A stretch of DNA of 64,000 bases. It comes from an uncultured Holdemania sp. GTDB lineage: Bacteria; Bacillota_I; Bacilli_A; Erysipelotrichales; Erysipelotrichaceae. Location of the stretch: NCBI GenBank assembly GCA_964368495.1, contig CAYJAJ010000003.1, positions 776-64,775 of the forward strand. Direction: 5' to 3'. This document shows positions 39,249-50,774 of the stretch, one piece after another (positions within the stretch are counted from its first letter, which is position 1; every line of letters begins with the position of its first letter). Made by a program: the position numbers and the translations under genes. The notes beneath the pieces are model-generated. The model made no database searches, was not told the DNA's origin, and saw only the letters and a list, made by a program, of their open reading frames with translations.

Positions 39249-40805
39249 ATGAATGAATTATCACTTTCTTCCGTTTTATTCGGTATAGTTGGAGTTTTTG
39301 TAGGGGTTGTCTTAATGATGATGGCTTCAAAAATTGGATTGAATCGAGCAAGTCAAAAAGCACAGATTCTAATAGAGGATGCTGAAAGACAAGCAGAAAA
39401 TACAATTAGACAAGCTATTTTAGATGGACGAACACAAGTTTATGAACTTAAACTTGAAGCAGAAAAAGAAGTAAAAGAAGGAAAAATTGAAATTCAAGAT
39501 TTAGAAGCTAAATTAACACGTCGTGAAGATAATTTAAACTATCGCGACCAAAATTTAACGGAAAAAGAAAAACAACTTGAATCAAAAAATCAAAAAATTA
39601 CTGATAAACTAGCTGTATTAGAAAAAATGGAAGCAGAATTACAAACAAAATTAGACATACAAATTAATGAATTAGAACGAGTGGCTTCAATGAGTGCTTC
39701 AGAAGCAAGAATAGAGCTAATGGAAGCGGTTGAAAAGAAAATGGATAAGGAAGTTTCCGCATATATTCGCGATCGCGAAGAAGATGCGAAAACTCGTGCA
39801 AATGATGCATCAAGAAATATTATTGCATTAGCTATTCAACGTTATGCACAAGAGGAAACACAAGAACGTACAGTTTCTGTTGTAGGATTGCCTTCAGAAG
39901 AAATGAAGGGGCGAATTATTGGACGTGAAGGTCGTAATATTAAAGCGATTGAACAGGCAACAGGCGTTGATTTAATTATTGATGATACTCCAGAAGCAAT
40001 TACAATAAGTTGTTTCGACCCGATTCGTCGTGAAATTGCACGCTTGGCACTGGAAACTTTAATTCGTGATGGTAGAATACAACCAGGAAGAATTGAAGAA
40101 GTTGTACAAAAAGTGACGAAAGAGTTAAATGAAACAATGCTTAAGGCTGGAGAAAATGCAGTGTTCAAACTAGGTATTGGTCGAATTGATAAAGAACTTG
40201 TTAAGTTATTAGGACGTCTTAAATATCGTTATAGTTATGGACAAAATGGTCTTGATCACAGTATGGAAGTTGCAGCACTTGCTGGAATGATGGCTGCTGA
40301 GCTAGGACTTAATCAATCTTTGGCAAAAAGAGCCGGATTATTACATGACATTGGTAAATCAATTGATTTTGAACAAGATGGTAGCCATGTAGAACTAGGT
40401 GTTAAGGTTGCAAAAAAACGTGGAGAAGATGATATTGTAATTAATGCAATTCAATCACATCATGGTGATGTTGAAGCAACACATCTTATCTCGAATCTTG
40501 TTGCTGCTGCTGATGCGTTAAGTGCGGCAAGACCTGGGGCACGATTTGAAAGCTTTGAAAATTACATTAATCGTCTTGAACAATTAGAAGGTATCGCAAA
40601 TAAATTTGATGGTGTAAGTAAAACCTATGCAATTCAAGCAGGTCGTGAAATTCGTGTATTAGTTGTTCCTGAACAAGTAGATGATTCAACTTGTCATAAG
40701 ATGGCTAGAGACATTCGCGATAAGATTGAAAGTGAATTAACTTACCCAGGGCAAATAAAAGTTACAGTCATTCGTGAAACTAGAGCAAGTGAGTTAGCAA
40801 AATAA
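39249..40805 (+). CDS. rny: Ribonuclease Y
   Basis: ORF trimmed to the ATG at 39249 (SD GGAGGA). N-terminal TM, coiled coil, KH domain ([13 protein letters not shown]) and HD domain (LLHDIGK ... HHGD). Confidence 0.93.
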   Translation: MNELSLSSVLFGIVGVFVGVVLMMMASKIGLNRASQKAQILIEDAERQAENTIRQAILDGRTQVYELKLEAEKEVKEGKIEIQDLEAKLTRREDNLNYRDQNLTEKEKQLESKNQKITDKLAVLEKMEAELQTKLDIQINELERVASMSASEARIELMEAVEKKMDKEVSAYIRDREEDAKTRANDASRNIIALAIQRYAQEETQERTVSVVGLPSEEMKGRIIGREGRNIKAIEQATGVDLIIDDTPEAITISCFDPIRREIARLALETLIRDGRIQPGRIEEVVQKVTKELNETMLKAGENAVFKLGIGRIDKELVKLLGRLKYRYSYGQNGLDHSMEVAALAGMMAAELGLNQSLAKRAGLLHDIGKSIDFEQDGSHVELGVKVAKKRGEDDIVINAIQSHHGDVEATHLISNLVAAADALSAARPGARFESFENYINRLEQLEGIANKFDGVSKTYAIQAGREIRVLVVPEQVDDSTCHKMARDIRDKIESELTYPGQIKVTVIRETRASELAK

Positions 40806-41576
40806 ATGAATTTATTATTTTTAGGAGATGTTGTAGGTAAATCAGGGAGAAACATTGTAAGTAAACATTTTCATGATTTAGTAATACAATATCAAATAGA
40901 TTGTACAATAATCAATGCAGAAAATGCGGCGCATGGTAAAGGAATTACCCGCCGCATTTATCAACAATTCGTTGATTTGGGTGTTGATATGCTTACAATG
41001 GGAAATCATACATTTTCAAAAGGAGAATTGCTTGATTTTATTGATGAAAGCGATCGATTAATAAAGCCGATGAATTTACTTCCTTTAAATAAAGGAAAAA
41101 GCTGTAAGGTTTTAGAAATCAAAGGTCGAAAGATCGGAATTGTTAACCTATGCGGTCAAGTATTTATGGATCGTGTTGAAAGAACACCATATGAATGTAT
41201 GGATGAAATTGTTGAGACCCACGATGCTGAGAAATATTTTGTTGATTTTCACGGAGAAACAACAAGCGAAAAAATAACATTTGCACATGTCTTTAAAAAT
41301 CAGTGTGTAGCTGTATGTGGAACACACACTCATGTTCAAACCGCTGATGAACGTTTGTTGGATGGTTGTGCATTTATAAGTGATGTTGGCATGTGTGGAG
41401 CTTATGATAGTGTGCTTGGACGTGATAAAGAAGAAGTAATAAAGCTTGTAGTTCATAAAGAATCTACTCGTTATACTGTAGCGGAAGGTGATGCAGTCTT
41501 ATGTGGAGTAGTGATTCAAATTGATGACGAAACACTAAATGCAACATCGATAAAAAGAATTCAAATTAGACCTTAA
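40806..41576 (+). CDS. ymdB: 2',3'-cyclic-nucleotide 2'-phosphodiesterase YmdB (metallophosphoesterase)
   Basis: 256 aa. LLFLGDVVGKSGR ... NAENAAHGKG ... GNHTF ... DFHGETTSEK ... GTHTHVQTAD. Confidence 0.88.
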   Translation: MNLLFLGDVVGKSGRNIVSKHFHDLVIQYQIDCTIINAENAAHGKGITRRIYQQFVDLGVDMLTMGNHTFSKGELLDFIDESDRLIKPMNLLPLNKGKSCKVLEIKGRKIGIVNLCGQVFMDRVERTPYECMDEIVETHDAEKYFVDFHGETTSEKITFAHVFKNQCVAVCGTHTHVQTADERLLDGCAFISDVGMCGAYDSVLGRDKEEVIKLVVHKESTRYTVAEGDAVLCGVVIQIDDETLNATSIKRIQIRP

Positions 41577-41627
41577 TCATAAACCTCTTTCTTCAACCAT
41601 AAACTAATGAAGAAAGGGGTATTTTTT

Positions 41628-41891
41628 ATGGAAATATTGAAAGTTTCGAGTAAATCAAATCCAAGTAGTGTTGCAGGTGCAATATATAATGCAGTCAAAG
41701 ATGAACCAAAAATTGAGATTAACATTGTAGGTGCAGGAGCATTGAATCAAGCGATCAAGGCAATTGCAATTGCACGAGGATTTTTAGCACCCATTGGAAT
41801 TGAATGTGTATGTATTCCTGCATTTATGGATGTGGAGATTGATGGGAAATTACGAACTGCCATCAAACTTATTGTTCAAAAACAAGAATAA
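41628..41891 (+). CDS. spoVS: Stage V sporulation protein S
   Basis: ORF trimmed to the ATG at 41628. MEILKVSSKSNPSSVAGAI ... GAGALNQAIKAIAIARGF ... CIPAF ... RTAIKLIV. Confidence 0.9.
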   Translation: MEILKVSSKSNPSSVAGAIYNAVKDEPKIEINIVGAGALNQAIKAIAIARGFLAPIGIECVCIPAFMDVEIDGKLRTAIKLIVQKQE

Positions 41892-41924
41892 TGCTATAAT
41901 AACTCCATAAAGGAGGCTAGTACA

Positions 41925-42098
41925 ATGCCAGTAAAAGTAGAAGTTGAAACTTGCATCGGTTGTGGTGCATGTGTGGGTGTCTGTCCCGTTACTGCTCTTG
42001 ATTTAAATGCAGAGGGAAAAGCAGTTTGTGATGAAGGAATTTGCATCGATTGTGGAGCATGTGTAGGAACTTGCCCAGTATCGGCAATTAGTCAATAA
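41925..42098 (+). CDS. fdx: 2x[4Fe-4S] ferredoxin (57 aa)
   Basis: Not in the ORF track (below the size cutoff). SD AGGAGG 5 nt upstream of the ATG. MPVKVEVETCIGCGACVGVCPVTALDLNAEGKAVCDEGICIDCGACVGTCPVSAISQ has two CxxCxxCxxxCP motifs. Confidence 0.85.
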   Translation: MPVKVEVETCIGCGACVGVCPVTALDLNAEGKAVCDEGICIDCGACVGTCPVSAISQ

Positions 42099-42122
42099 AA
42101 AGATCGTTAACGGTCTTTTTTT
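42099..42122 (+). terminator. Intrinsic terminator after the ferredoxin gene
   Basis: AAAGATCG-ttaa-CGGTCTTT (one G-U pair) followed by a T run. Confidence 0.7.
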
Positions 42123-42349
42123 AATTATGACTAGTTAATTAGGTTTTTTCATGCACAAAGTCAAGTTGAGAATATTTTATTTTAATTAATATTTCTTTAT
42201 AATTCATTATTTAGTAAAAATAGATTTTTTAAACTCCAGTGCGGAGTTCTTTATCTCTTGTTGAAAGTATTTTTATTTCGTTTTCTTAATTTACTTCTAG
42301 TGCAAAGTGTGCTGTTAGTGTAAAATATAAAATGGAAATCGAGGTATTT

Positions 42350-43504
42350 ATGAAAATATCAAAAAATGAGTTTTTATTAGCAATTAGTTTCTTTCTTGTG
42401 TATTTTGCATTTTCTGTGCCGATGGGGTACATGCAAACATATTTAAATTACCTTGGATATGATGCAATGGAAAGAGGACTAATTTTTACAATAAGTGCAA
42501 TAACAACAATTGTATTTCAATTTGTTGCAGGATTTTTATGTGATTATTTTAAGAGTGATAAAAAAGTATTCAATATTTTTATGATTTTAGCTACAATTAC
42601 TGTTTACATCACATTCAGTTATACAAATGAAATGTTTTATCTTCATTTGCTTTTTGTTTCTCTAGTTAATGGCGTTTGTCGTAGTTTGTTTGTTATTCAA
42701 GATACATGGTGTTTGGAAACTGATGAAACGTGTAAGGCCCATTTTGGACCTTTGCGTTCTTTAGGGGCTATTGGGTGGATGGCTGGAACTACAGTAGTTT
42801 CAGTTTTAATATCTAATTATGGATATGATATTTTAGGTCTTGCATTTTGTGTTATGTCAATAATTAATATCGTGTGTGCAATGCTTATGCAAGATGCAGT
42901 AAAAATAGAAAGTAATGTCAATGAAAAAATAAAACTGGGTGACTTAAAAATATTGTTTAAAAACAAAAAATATGTATTAGTCATATGCATCTTTTTGGTT
43001 ATTAATATCATTGCCACTGCTGATCAATATACTGTTATTGACAAAATGATGATGCTTGGAGCAAGTGAAACCTTAGTAGGTCAACGTTGGACCATTCAGG
43101 CTTTTACTGAACTTCCATTATTTTTAGCAGGAGCATGGTTGATTAGAAGATTTGGTGATTATAAATTAATGGTGTTTGGTACAATGATTTTCATAGTGAA
43201 ATTTATTGCTTATGCGCTTGCACCTACACCCGAAATGATGATTGTGGCATGTTGCCTTCAAGGGTTGTCATATCCCCTAACAATGATTACTTCAAAAACT
43301 CTTGTGGATGAAAACACACCAAAAGAATTGCGAGCAAGTGGACAAACAGTAGCTAGCTCAATTTATGTAGGATTAGCGCTGTTAATTACGCCTATTTTTG
43401 CATCATTTTTGTCAGGTGCGGTTGGAATAGATACAACATTATTCATCTTTGCACTTAGTGGTTTGTTTTCACTGTATTTTGCATATTTGTATAAAAAAGT
43501 TTAG
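42350..43504 (+). CDS. MFS transporter
   Basis: ORF trimmed to the ATG at 42350. About 12 TM segments, 384 aa. Substrate unknown. Confidence 0.65.
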   Translation: MKISKNEFLLAISFFLVYFAFSVPMGYMQTYLNYLGYDAMERGLIFTISAITTIVFQFVAGFLCDYFKSDKKVFNIFMILATITVYITFSYTNEMFYLHLLFVSLVNGVCRSLFVIQDTWCLETDETCKAHFGPLRSLGAIGWMAGTTVVSVLISNYGYDILGLAFCVMSIINIVCAMLMQDAVKIESNVNEKIKLGDLKILFKNKKYVLVICIFLVINIIATADQYTVIDKMMMLGASETLVGQRWTIQAFTELPLFLAGAWLIRRFGDYKLMVFGTMIFIVKFIAYALAPTPEMMIVACCLQGLSYPLTMITSKTLVDENTPKELRASGQTVASSIYVGLALLITPIFASFLSGAVGIDTTLFIFALSGLFSLYFAYLYKKV

Positions 43505-43514
43505 GAGATTGTAT

Positions 43515-44315
43515 ATGATAAAACTTGCCGTATTTGACATGGATGGAACACTATTAAGTGATGATAAAACTGTTTTAGCTTCAACAGTTAAAGCACTTAG
43601 AAAACTTAAGGAAAACAATATTGCACTAGCTCTAGCTACAGGAAGACCCTTTTTTGGTGTAAGTAAAGAAATTATCGAAACTTGCCAAATTGACTATTTA
43701 ATATGTTGCAATGGAAATGCTGCTTATGATGCTTTTGGAAACGTACTTTATCAAACAAAAATACCAAATGAAACAATAGAACTGTTAACATGCGAAATGT
43801 CAAAGGATAACATTGCTTTATTTTTTGAATTTAAAGATGTTGCTTGTGCATACAGTAATTACGTTAAGTGCCATGAAAGATTTAATAGCATTTATAAAAA
43901 CAATAACTTTTTAAAAGATGATACTCAAAATAAAAATTATCACAACAAGATACCTGCAATACAAGCCGCTTGCTATATGAGTGAAATACAGGCAAAGAAA
44001 TATATTCAAACATTCTCAGATTATGACTTTATACATTATGGAAGTGATGGTTATGATATTGTTAAAAAAGGAATCAGCAAAGTAACAGGGATAGAGGTAG
44101 TTTGTAAAGAAATAGCAATTAAGCTTGAAAATGTAATTGCCTTTGGAGATCATTTAAATGATTTACAAATGATCAAAAAATGCAAGATAGGTGTTGCTAT
44201 GGGTAATGCGATTAATGAGATAAAAGATGTAGCTGATTTTATTACGAAGTCAAATAATGAAAACGCAATTGCAACAGCTTGTGAAAGTTTAGGATTGATA
44301 TCAATTATAAAATAA
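43515..44315 (+). CDS. Cof-type HAD-IIB phosphatase
   Basis: ORF trimmed to the ATG at 43515 (SD AGGAG). LAVFDMDGTLL ... ATGRP ... GDHLNDLQM ... GVAMGNA. Confidence 0.75.
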   Translation: MIKLAVFDMDGTLLSDDKTVLASTVKALRKLKENNIALALATGRPFFGVSKEIIETCQIDYLICCNGNAAYDAFGNVLYQTKIPNETIELLTCEMSKDNIALFFEFKDVACAYSNYVKCHERFNSIYKNNNFLKDDTQNKNYHNKIPAIQAACYMSEIQAKKYIQTFSDYDFIHYGSDGYDIVKKGISKVTGIEVVCKEIAIKLENVIAFGDHLNDLQMIKKCKIGVAMGNAINEIKDVADFITKSNNENAIATACESLGLISIIK

Positions 44316-44390
44316 TTCAAGATGTTACCTATAGAAATTATTATTATAAAGTGGTATACTTCAAAGTGCTTTAGTTAAGGAGAAACAATA

Positions 44391-45836
44391 ATGGCTAATA
44401 AAAAAAATTATCAATTACCTTCATTTAAGGATGCAAAAGTAAGAACAAGACAAAACGTGGAAATTCAAAGAGAATCTTTTGCTATTGAAGGGCATATAAA
44501 GAACATCGGATTAGGAAAAAAATATTATTTGCGTACATATGGTTGTCAGGCAAATGAAAGAGATTCGGAAACAATAACTGGAATACTTAATTCATTAGGG
44601 TTTAGTCGTTGTACTAACGAAGAAGAGGCGGACTTAATTTTACTTAATACTTGTGCAATTCGAAAGAATGCAGAAGATAAAGTGCTTGGAGAATTAGGAC
44701 TGTTAAAGCGACTTAAAAAAACAAACCCAGACTTATTATTTGGGATTTGTGGATGCATGTCACAGGAAGAGGAAATAGTACGTACAATACTTCAAAAGTA
44801 TACACATGTTGATTTAATTTTCGGAACTCACAACATCCATCGATTACCAGTTTTACTCTATCAGGCAATGATTGCGAAAGAAAAAACGGTTGAAGTATAT
44901 TCAAAAGAAGGTGAAGTGATTGAAAACTTACCTGTTGAGCGATTTGGAAAACATAAAGCGTGGGTTAATATTATGTATGGCTGCGATAAATTTTGTACCT
45001 ATTGTATCGTTCCATATACACGCGGTAAAGAACGAAGTCGCTTATTTGAGGATATTTTGGATGAAATAAAAGTTCTTAAAGAACAAAATTATAAAGAAGT
45101 AACTTTGCTTGGTCAAAATGTTAATGCGTATGGCAAAGATATTTATAAAGATAAAGGATTGGCAGAACTTTTAGAAGCAGTAGCTCAGTTGAATATCGAA
45201 CGTATTCGTTTTACTACCTCGCATCCTTATGACTTTGAAGAAGAGTTAGTCGATGTGATTGCAAAATATCCGAATATTATGCCATTTATGCACTTGCCAG
45301 TGCAATCTGGAAATAATGAAATACTGAAAATTATGGGGCGTCGTTATACTGTAGAAAAATTTAAGTCGATTTTTGATAAGTTCAAAAAAACGATTCCAAA
45401 TTGTACATTTAGTACGGATATTATTGTAGGTTTCCCAAATGAAACAGAGGAACAATTTCAAGACACAATGGATTTATTAGATTATTGTCAGTTTGATAAT
45501 GTGTTTTCATTTATATATAGTCCACGTGAGGGAACCCCTGCAGCAAAAATGGAAGATAATGTTTTAAAAGAGGTAAAAGAAGAACGATTACAACGCTTAA
45601 ATGCAAAAATTAATTATTATACAAATTTAAGAAATCAAGTATGGATTAATAAAACAGTAAAAGTGTTAGTAGATGGACTTTCAAAGAAAAATGATCAGGT
45701 ATACAGTGGTTATACAGAAGAATATAAATTAGTTAATTTTACTGGTAAAAATGTTAAAGTTGCCGACATAGTAGAAGTAAAAATTAATAATGCAAAATCA
45801 TGGACATTAGATGGAGAAATGATAGAAGTTGAATAA
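44391..45836 (+). CDS. miaB: tRNA-i6A37 methylthiotransferase
   Basis: 481 aa. YLRTYGCQANERDSE (UPF0004 domain), radical SAM CDKFCTYCIVP, and a C-terminal TRAM domain. Confidence 0.85.
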   Translation: MANKKNYQLPSFKDAKVRTRQNVEIQRESFAIEGHIKNIGLGKKYYLRTYGCQANERDSETITGILNSLGFSRCTNEEEADLILLNTCAIRKNAEDKVLGELGLLKRLKKTNPDLLFGICGCMSQEEEIVRTILQKYTHVDLIFGTHNIHRLPVLLYQAMIAKEKTVEVYSKEGEVIENLPVERFGKHKAWVNIMYGCDKFCTYCIVPYTRGKERSRLFEDILDEIKVLKEQNYKEVTLLGQNVNAYGKDIYKDKGLAELLEAVAQLNIERIRFTTSHPYDFEEELVDVIAKYPNIMPFMHLPVQSGNNEILKIMGRRYTVEKFKSIFDKFKKTIPNCTFSTDIIVGFPNETEEQFQDTMDLLDYCQFDNVFSFIYSPREGTPAAKMEDNVLKEVKEERLQRLNAKINYYTNLRNQVWINKTVKVLVDGLSKKNDQVYSGYTEEYKLVNFTGKNVKVADIVEVKINNAKSWTLDGEMIEVE

Positions 45837-45850
45837 TTCAACTTCTTTTT
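45824..45850 (+). terminator. Intrinsic terminator after miaB
   Basis: AGAAGTTGAA-taa-TTCAACTTCT followed by TTTT. The loop is the stop codon. Confidence 0.7.
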
Positions 45851-45907
45851 CTGTATAAAAAGCCTACAGTTGTGATACCATAAGGTTAAATTAAATAGGA
45901 GAAGGTT

Positions 45908-48601
45908 ATGAAAAGCAAACAAATTTACTTAATATGTATTTTATTGATGAGTTTTATTAGTTATCCTGTGTTTGCACAAGATAGCCAATATGTTGTGAAG
46001 GACTTAATAAGTGATACAGTTGTAGCGACTGCAAGCACTATAAGTCAAGCAAATATAGTTTATGAAGAAAACAAACAGTTATATGAAGAATTGGCAATTT
46101 TACAAGATGAACGAATTATAGATGTTGAATATGGGATATTGTCTATACCAATTGATTCAGAAGGTTGCACATACAATTATGAATTTACAAACGATATCAC
46201 AAAACAGGCAGGTTATGTGAATGGATGTTATGGAAAAGATGCATTATTTTTGGGGATGAATGACTCAAAAACAAGTGTAAAGTTCATGATAAGCGGTGCA
46301 GTAGGTTGGGGAGATGCAGAAGATATTACAATCATTCCTTATTCAAAGATAAATCAATTGACTAGTTATGTTGTGATTGATGAAAATTTGTATCATCAAG
46401 TTAAAACAGATTTAAATAGCGATAAATATAATTCTTTAATTAATTTGGGGAATGCACCAGAGTATTTAGAAGAAAACAAAATTTATTTAAGTTATGATGG
46501 GCACTATTTTTATGATGAAGATCAATTTAGAGAAATGAGTGATGATGCTAGAAGTAATACATTCACATCTTCAATAAATGAATATGATCCTTTTTTTAAT
46601 TATTATCAGTATGTAACACATCGTACAATAAGCAATGTAAGTGAAGATATGTTAAAAGAGTATCTAAGAGATGAACTTAAAATAAGTGAATCAATAAGCA
46701 ATTACAACGATCAAAACAAAGATTCCATTCATGATGTTTTAACACAATCACAGTATTATAATTATGAAACATCATTTCATCAAAATCAAAATCGATTTGG
46801 GTCAAATGCATTGATGATGTTGGCTCTTTCCATGAATGAAAGTGCCACTGGAAGAAGTTCTTTAGCATATACAAGAAATAATTTGTTTGGTCACGCTGCT
46901 TATGATAGCGATGTAGAGAAAAATGCATCAAGATACTATAATGTATTTAATTCAGTTTATAGTCATGCAAAAAATTATATTTCTAAAAGTTATCTTAATC
47001 CAGATAAATTTCAATATCATGGTGGATATTTTGGCGATAAAGCAAGTGGTATGAATGTAAGTTATGCATCAGATCCTTACTGGGGAGAGAAAGCCGCTCA
47101 ACACTATTATCAACTTGATGAACAATTCGCTTTTGCTGACTTAAACAGTGTTGCACTTGCCATTAAAACATCTAATAAAAATATATCAATCTTTGATGAA
47201 AACAATGAAGTTTTGTATCGAAGTGGAAACAATCCTTACATGAGTTTTGTGGTGCTGGATGAAACAGATGAAATGTTTAAGATTCAAATTGATCCGGTAA
47301 TCTATGATGATTTCAATGATGAGGGAAGCTATGATTTTCAAAAAAATGTTGGATATATTTTTAAGGATGAAATCGATGTATTGTACAATGAAGACAAAAT
47401 TAGTGAAAATGAATATATTACTGTTACATTGGATGCAAATGGAGGTTATTTCTATAATGGAGAAGCTACTTTATCGTATCAAGTAAAAAAAGGTGATAAA
47501 ATTAGTGTTGAAATACCACTAAAAGAAAACGCCATCTTCGATGACTGGAATGAAGAAGTTAGTTATGCTGAAAATAATAATACATATGTTGCGAATTATA
47601 AAGAAATAGAATCAATAAATATGCACACTTTACCACCAACTATTTTAGAATACTATGACAGAATTGATTTAACAGGTGGTTCAATAGAGGTTGTTTATAA
47701 AAATAAAGAAACTGAGATAATTGAATTAAATAGTTCGATGGTATCGGGATATATAGTGAATGAAGTTGGTTTTCAAGATGTTGTTGTGAGTTATGGTGGA
47801 GCTAAGACCTCTTATGTTCTTGAAGTTTCGATGGAATTAGAGGAAGAACGTCTGCTAATCCTTGATTTAATTAGTCAGGTTTTTGAAAATTTAAATAAAG
47901 AAGGCGAATTCATAGAGGAAGATTTTAATTTGCTAGAAAAATTAAATAGTCATTTCTTAAGTTATGGGGTACCCTACATGACGTTTAATGAAACTAGAGC
48001 GTTAGATGAAATTTTCTACAACGCACTTAAAGATGATCTTCATACTGTTATATCAAAAAATGAGGTAAATCTTGCACTTAGTGGACTTTATCTACATGCA
48101 GACTACACTGAAGTTACAAAGGACAAATTTATCAAAGATACAATTCGTATAAGTTATGAGGATGCGAAGGGAAGTGAGCTTGTAAAAGATGTTTCCTCTG
48201 CTAACAATCTGGAAGTAGTACATTCTTTTAAACTAAATGGCAAGTACAATTTTGATGACTTAAGGTTAAATGATTATGTGTTAGTTTCACTTGATATTCC
48301 AGAAGGAATATCAAGCAATCAAATTATACAAGTACTTCAAGAAAGTGATGGCCATGTCATAAAATTATCTACGATTCAAACTGAAAATAAACTTGTATTC
48401 AAGACAAATGAATTCTCAACTTTCACAATTACGACAAGAAATTCTGTTAATGAATATAATTCAGAGGATGTTGTCGAAACAGTATATTTTGAAAATAATG
48501 GATTTAATATTTATGCTGTAATGAGCACTTTATTTATAGTGCTTGTTGTATCAATTTTATCAATTATTTTAATATTATATTCAAAGAAAAAGTTCAAATG
48601 A
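45908..48601 (+). CDS. Secreted, membrane-anchored cell-wall hydrolase-like protein (GH73 glucosaminidase domain plus Ig-like/beta-repeat domains)
   Basis: 897 aa. Signal peptide (LICILLMSFISYPVFAQD) and a glucosaminidase-like block (NALMMLALSMNESATGRSSLAYTRNNLFGHAAYD). Also a Listeria-Bacteroides-type repeat (VTLDANGGYF...FDDWN), a Big_3-like segment and a C-terminal TM anchor. Confidence 0.65.
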   Translation: MKSKQIYLICILLMSFISYPVFAQDSQYVVKDLISDTVVATASTISQANIVYEENKQLYEELAILQDERIIDVEYGILSIPIDSEGCTYNYEFTNDITKQAGYVNGCYGKDALFLGMNDSKTSVKFMISGAVGWGDAEDITIIPYSKINQLTSYVVIDENLYHQVKTDLNSDKYNSLINLGNAPEYLEENKIYLSYDGHYFYDEDQFREMSDDARSNTFTSSINEYDPFFNYYQYVTHRTISNVSEDMLKEYLRDELKISESISNYNDQNKDSIHDVLTQSQYYNYETSFHQNQNRFGSNALMMLALSMNESATGRSSLAYTRNNLFGHAAYDSDVEKNASRYYNVFNSVYSHAKNYISKSYLNPDKFQYHGGYFGDKASGMNVSYASDPYWGEKAAQHYYQLDEQFAFADLNSVALAIKTSNKNISIFDENNEVLYRSGNNPYMSFVVLDETDEMFKIQIDPVIYDDFNDEGSYDFQKNVGYIFKDEIDVLYNEDKISENEYITVTLDANGGYFYNGEATLSYQVKKGDKISVEIPLKENAIFDDWNEEVSYAENNNTYVANYKEIESINMHTLPPTILEYYDRIDLTGGSIEVVYKNKETEIIELNSSMVSGYIVNEVGFQDVVVSYGGAKTSYVLEVSMELEEERLLILDLISQVFENLNKEGEFIEEDFNLLEKLNSHFLSYGVPYMTFNETRALDEIFYNALKDDLHTVISKNEVNLALSGLYLHADYTEVTKDKFIKDTIRISYEDAKGSELVKDVSSANNLEVVHSFKLNGKYNFDDLRLNDYVLVSLDIPEGISSNQIIQVLQESDGHVIKLSTIQTENKLVFKTNEFSTFTITTRNSVNEYNSEDVVETVYFENNGFNIYAVMSTLFIVLVVSILSIILILYSKKKFK

Positions 48602-48625
48602 TTAGATTCACAATCTTTTTACAAT

Positions 48626-48639
48626 TGAAAGCGATTTCA
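48626..48639. promoter_or_regulatory. Catabolite-responsive element (cre, CcpA-type) upstream of the pfl locus
   Basis: TGAAAGCGATTTCA matches the commonly cited cre consensus TGWAANCGNTNWCA at all 14 positions. Palindromic arms TTGAAA/TTTCAA. Lies 78 nt upstream of the pflB ATG. Confidence 0.55.
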
Positions 48640-48716
48640 AATTTATTTGTGATTATTTTACTTTCTTTTGTGCTTAAAATAAAGTAAAATAATAGCGATA
48701 AATAAGGAGAATTAAA

Positions 48717-50774
48717 ATGAAAGAAATCTATAAAGGATTTAATGATGGAGTTTGGTCAAAGGAAATAAATGTTCGTAATTTCATTCAAAAAAATTATACT
48801 CCATATGATGGAGATGAGTCATTTTTATGTGAACCTACAAAAGCTACTGTTGAATTATGGAATCAAGTAATGGATTTAACAATGCAAGAAAGAGAAGCTG
48901 GTGGGGTTCTTGATATGGATACCAAAGTTATCTCTACAATTACTTCACATGCTGCGGGGTATTTGAATAAAGATTTGGAAACAATTGTTGGATTTCAAAC
49001 TGAGAAACCATTTAAAAGATCATTACAACCATATGGTGGTATTCGCATGGCCGAAAAAGCTTGTAGTGATAATGGGTATGAGGTAGCACAAGAAATCAGT
49101 GATTTTTTCAGCGTTCATCGCAAAACACATAATGCTGGTGTATTTGATGCCTATACTCCAGAAATGCGTGATTGTCGCTCAAGTCACATTATTACAGGAT
49201 TACCAGACGCTTACGGTCGTGGACGTATTATTGGGGATTATCGCCGTGTTGCTTTATATGGTGTCGATCGTTTAATTGAAGATAAACAAGCTCAAAAAGA
49301 TTCAACACGAACTATTATGTATTCGAATGTTATTCGTGAACGTGAAGAATTATCTGAACAAGTTCGTGCATTAAAAGATTTAAGAGAATTAGGAAAGATT
49401 TATGGCTTTGATATTTCAAAGCCTGCAAAAGATACAAAAGAAGCTATTCAATGGTTGTATTTTGGGTATCTAGCAGCTGTTAAAGAACAAAATGGTGCAG
49501 CAATGTCACTTGGTAGAACTTCTACATTTATTGATATTTATGCAGAAAGAGATTTACAAAATAATGTGTATACTGAAGAAGAGATTCAAGAATTTGTTGA
49601 TCACTTTGTAATGAAATTACGCTTAATTAAATTTGCACGTACCCCTGAATACAATGAATTATTCTCAGGAGATCCAACTTGGGTGACTGAGGTTCTAGGT
49701 GGTATCGGAATTGATGGGCGTCATTTAGTTACTAAAAGCTCATTCCGTTATTTACATACACTAAAAAATCTAGGAACTTCTCCTGAGCCAAATTTAACGG
49801 TTTTATGGAGTCCTCGCTTACCTATGAATTTTAAACGCTTCTGTGCAAAAACATCAATTGAATCATCATCCATTCAATATGAAAATGATGATTTAATGAG
49901 AGTTAGTCATGGTGATGATTATGCTATTGCATGCTGTGTTTCATCAATGATTTTAGGTAAAGAAATGCAATTTTTTGGAGCTCGTGCTAATTTAGCGAAA
50001 TGCTTGTTATATGCCATCAATGGTGGTGTTGATGAAATTTCAAAAAAACAAGTAGGACCTCGTTATAAAGCAGTTACAGGTGACTACCTTGAGTATGATG
50101 ATGTAATGGAAAAATATGAAGACATGATGAAATGGTTAGCACGCGTTTATGTTAATACATTAAACATCATTCATTATATGCATGATAAATATTGTTATGA
50201 AAAATTACAAATGTCATTGCACGATAAAAATGTAAAAAGATGGTTTGCTACAGGTATAGCAGGACTATCGGTAGTTGCAGATTCATTGTCAGCAATTAAA
50301 TACGGTAAAGTAAAAGTTATTCGTGATGAGGATGGAATTGTTGTTGATTATCAAATTGAAGGAGATTTCCCGAAATATGGTAATGATGATGATCGTGTTG
50401 ATGATATCGCTAATGAAATTGTATCGATGTTTATGGCATACATTCGTGGTAACCACACTTATCGTGGAGGAATTCCTACAACTTCAATTTTAACAATTAC
50501 ATCGAATGTCGTTTATGGAAAAAACACTGGTTCAACACCTGATGGTAGAAAGTTTGGAGAACCATTTGCACCTGGTGCAAACCCAATGCATCGTCGTGAT
50601 GAAAAAGGTGCGGTTGCATCATTAGCATCAGTTTCAAAATTACCGTTCTCTGATGCACAAGATGGTATTTCAAATACATTCTCAATCGTTCCTAATGCAC
50701 TTGGAAAAGAAATAATTATGGGTTCAGAAATTGATGTTGATATGGATCTTGATGAGGTTGAAAATAACGAATGA
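48717..50774 (+). CDS. pflB: Pyruvate formate-lyase catalytic core, lacking the C-terminal glycyl-radical domain
   Basis: 685 aa. Collinear with PflB from the N-terminus ([25 protein letters not shown]) through the active-site IACCVSSM to [10 protein letters not shown]. It then has a 21-aa acidic tail and a TGA. There is no RVSGY motif in this ORF. Confidence 0.85.
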   Translation: MKEIYKGFNDGVWSKEINVRNFIQKNYTPYDGDESFLCEPTKATVELWNQVMDLTMQEREAGGVLDMDTKVISTITSHAAGYLNKDLETIVGFQTEKPFKRSLQPYGGIRMAEKACSDNGYEVAQEISDFFSVHRKTHNAGVFDAYTPEMRDCRSSHIITGLPDAYGRGRIIGDYRRVALYGVDRLIEDKQAQKDSTRTIMYSNVIREREELSEQVRALKDLRELGKIYGFDISKPAKDTKEAIQWLYFGYLAAVKEQNGAAMSLGRTSTFIDIYAERDLQNNVYTEEEIQEFVDHFVMKLRLIKFARTPEYNELFSGDPTWVTEVLGGIGIDGRHLVTKSSFRYLHTLKNLGTSPEPNLTVLWSPRLPMNFKRFCAKTSIESSSIQYENDDLMRVSHGDDYAIACCVSSMILGKEMQFFGARANLAKCLLYAINGGVDEISKKQVGPRYKAVTGDYLEYDDVMEKYEDMMKWLARVYVNTLNIIHYMHDKYCYEKLQMSLHDKNVKRWFATGIAGLSVVADSLSAIKYGKVKVIRDEDGIVVDYQIEGDFPKYGNDDDRVDDIANEIVSMFMAYIRGNHTYRGGIPTTSILTITSNVVYGKNTGSTPDGRKFGEPFAPGANPMHRRDEKGAVASLASVSKLPFSDAQDGISNTFSIVPNALGKEIIMGSEIDVDMDLDEVENNE

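Noticed and set aside
48606-48652. Rex-like half-sites (TTCACAA at about 48607 and TTGTGA at about 48647) upstream of pflB
   Set aside because: The half-sites are more than 30 nt apart rather than forming the 18-bp TTGTGAA-n4-TTCACAA operator. The cre palindrome between them is the better-supported element.
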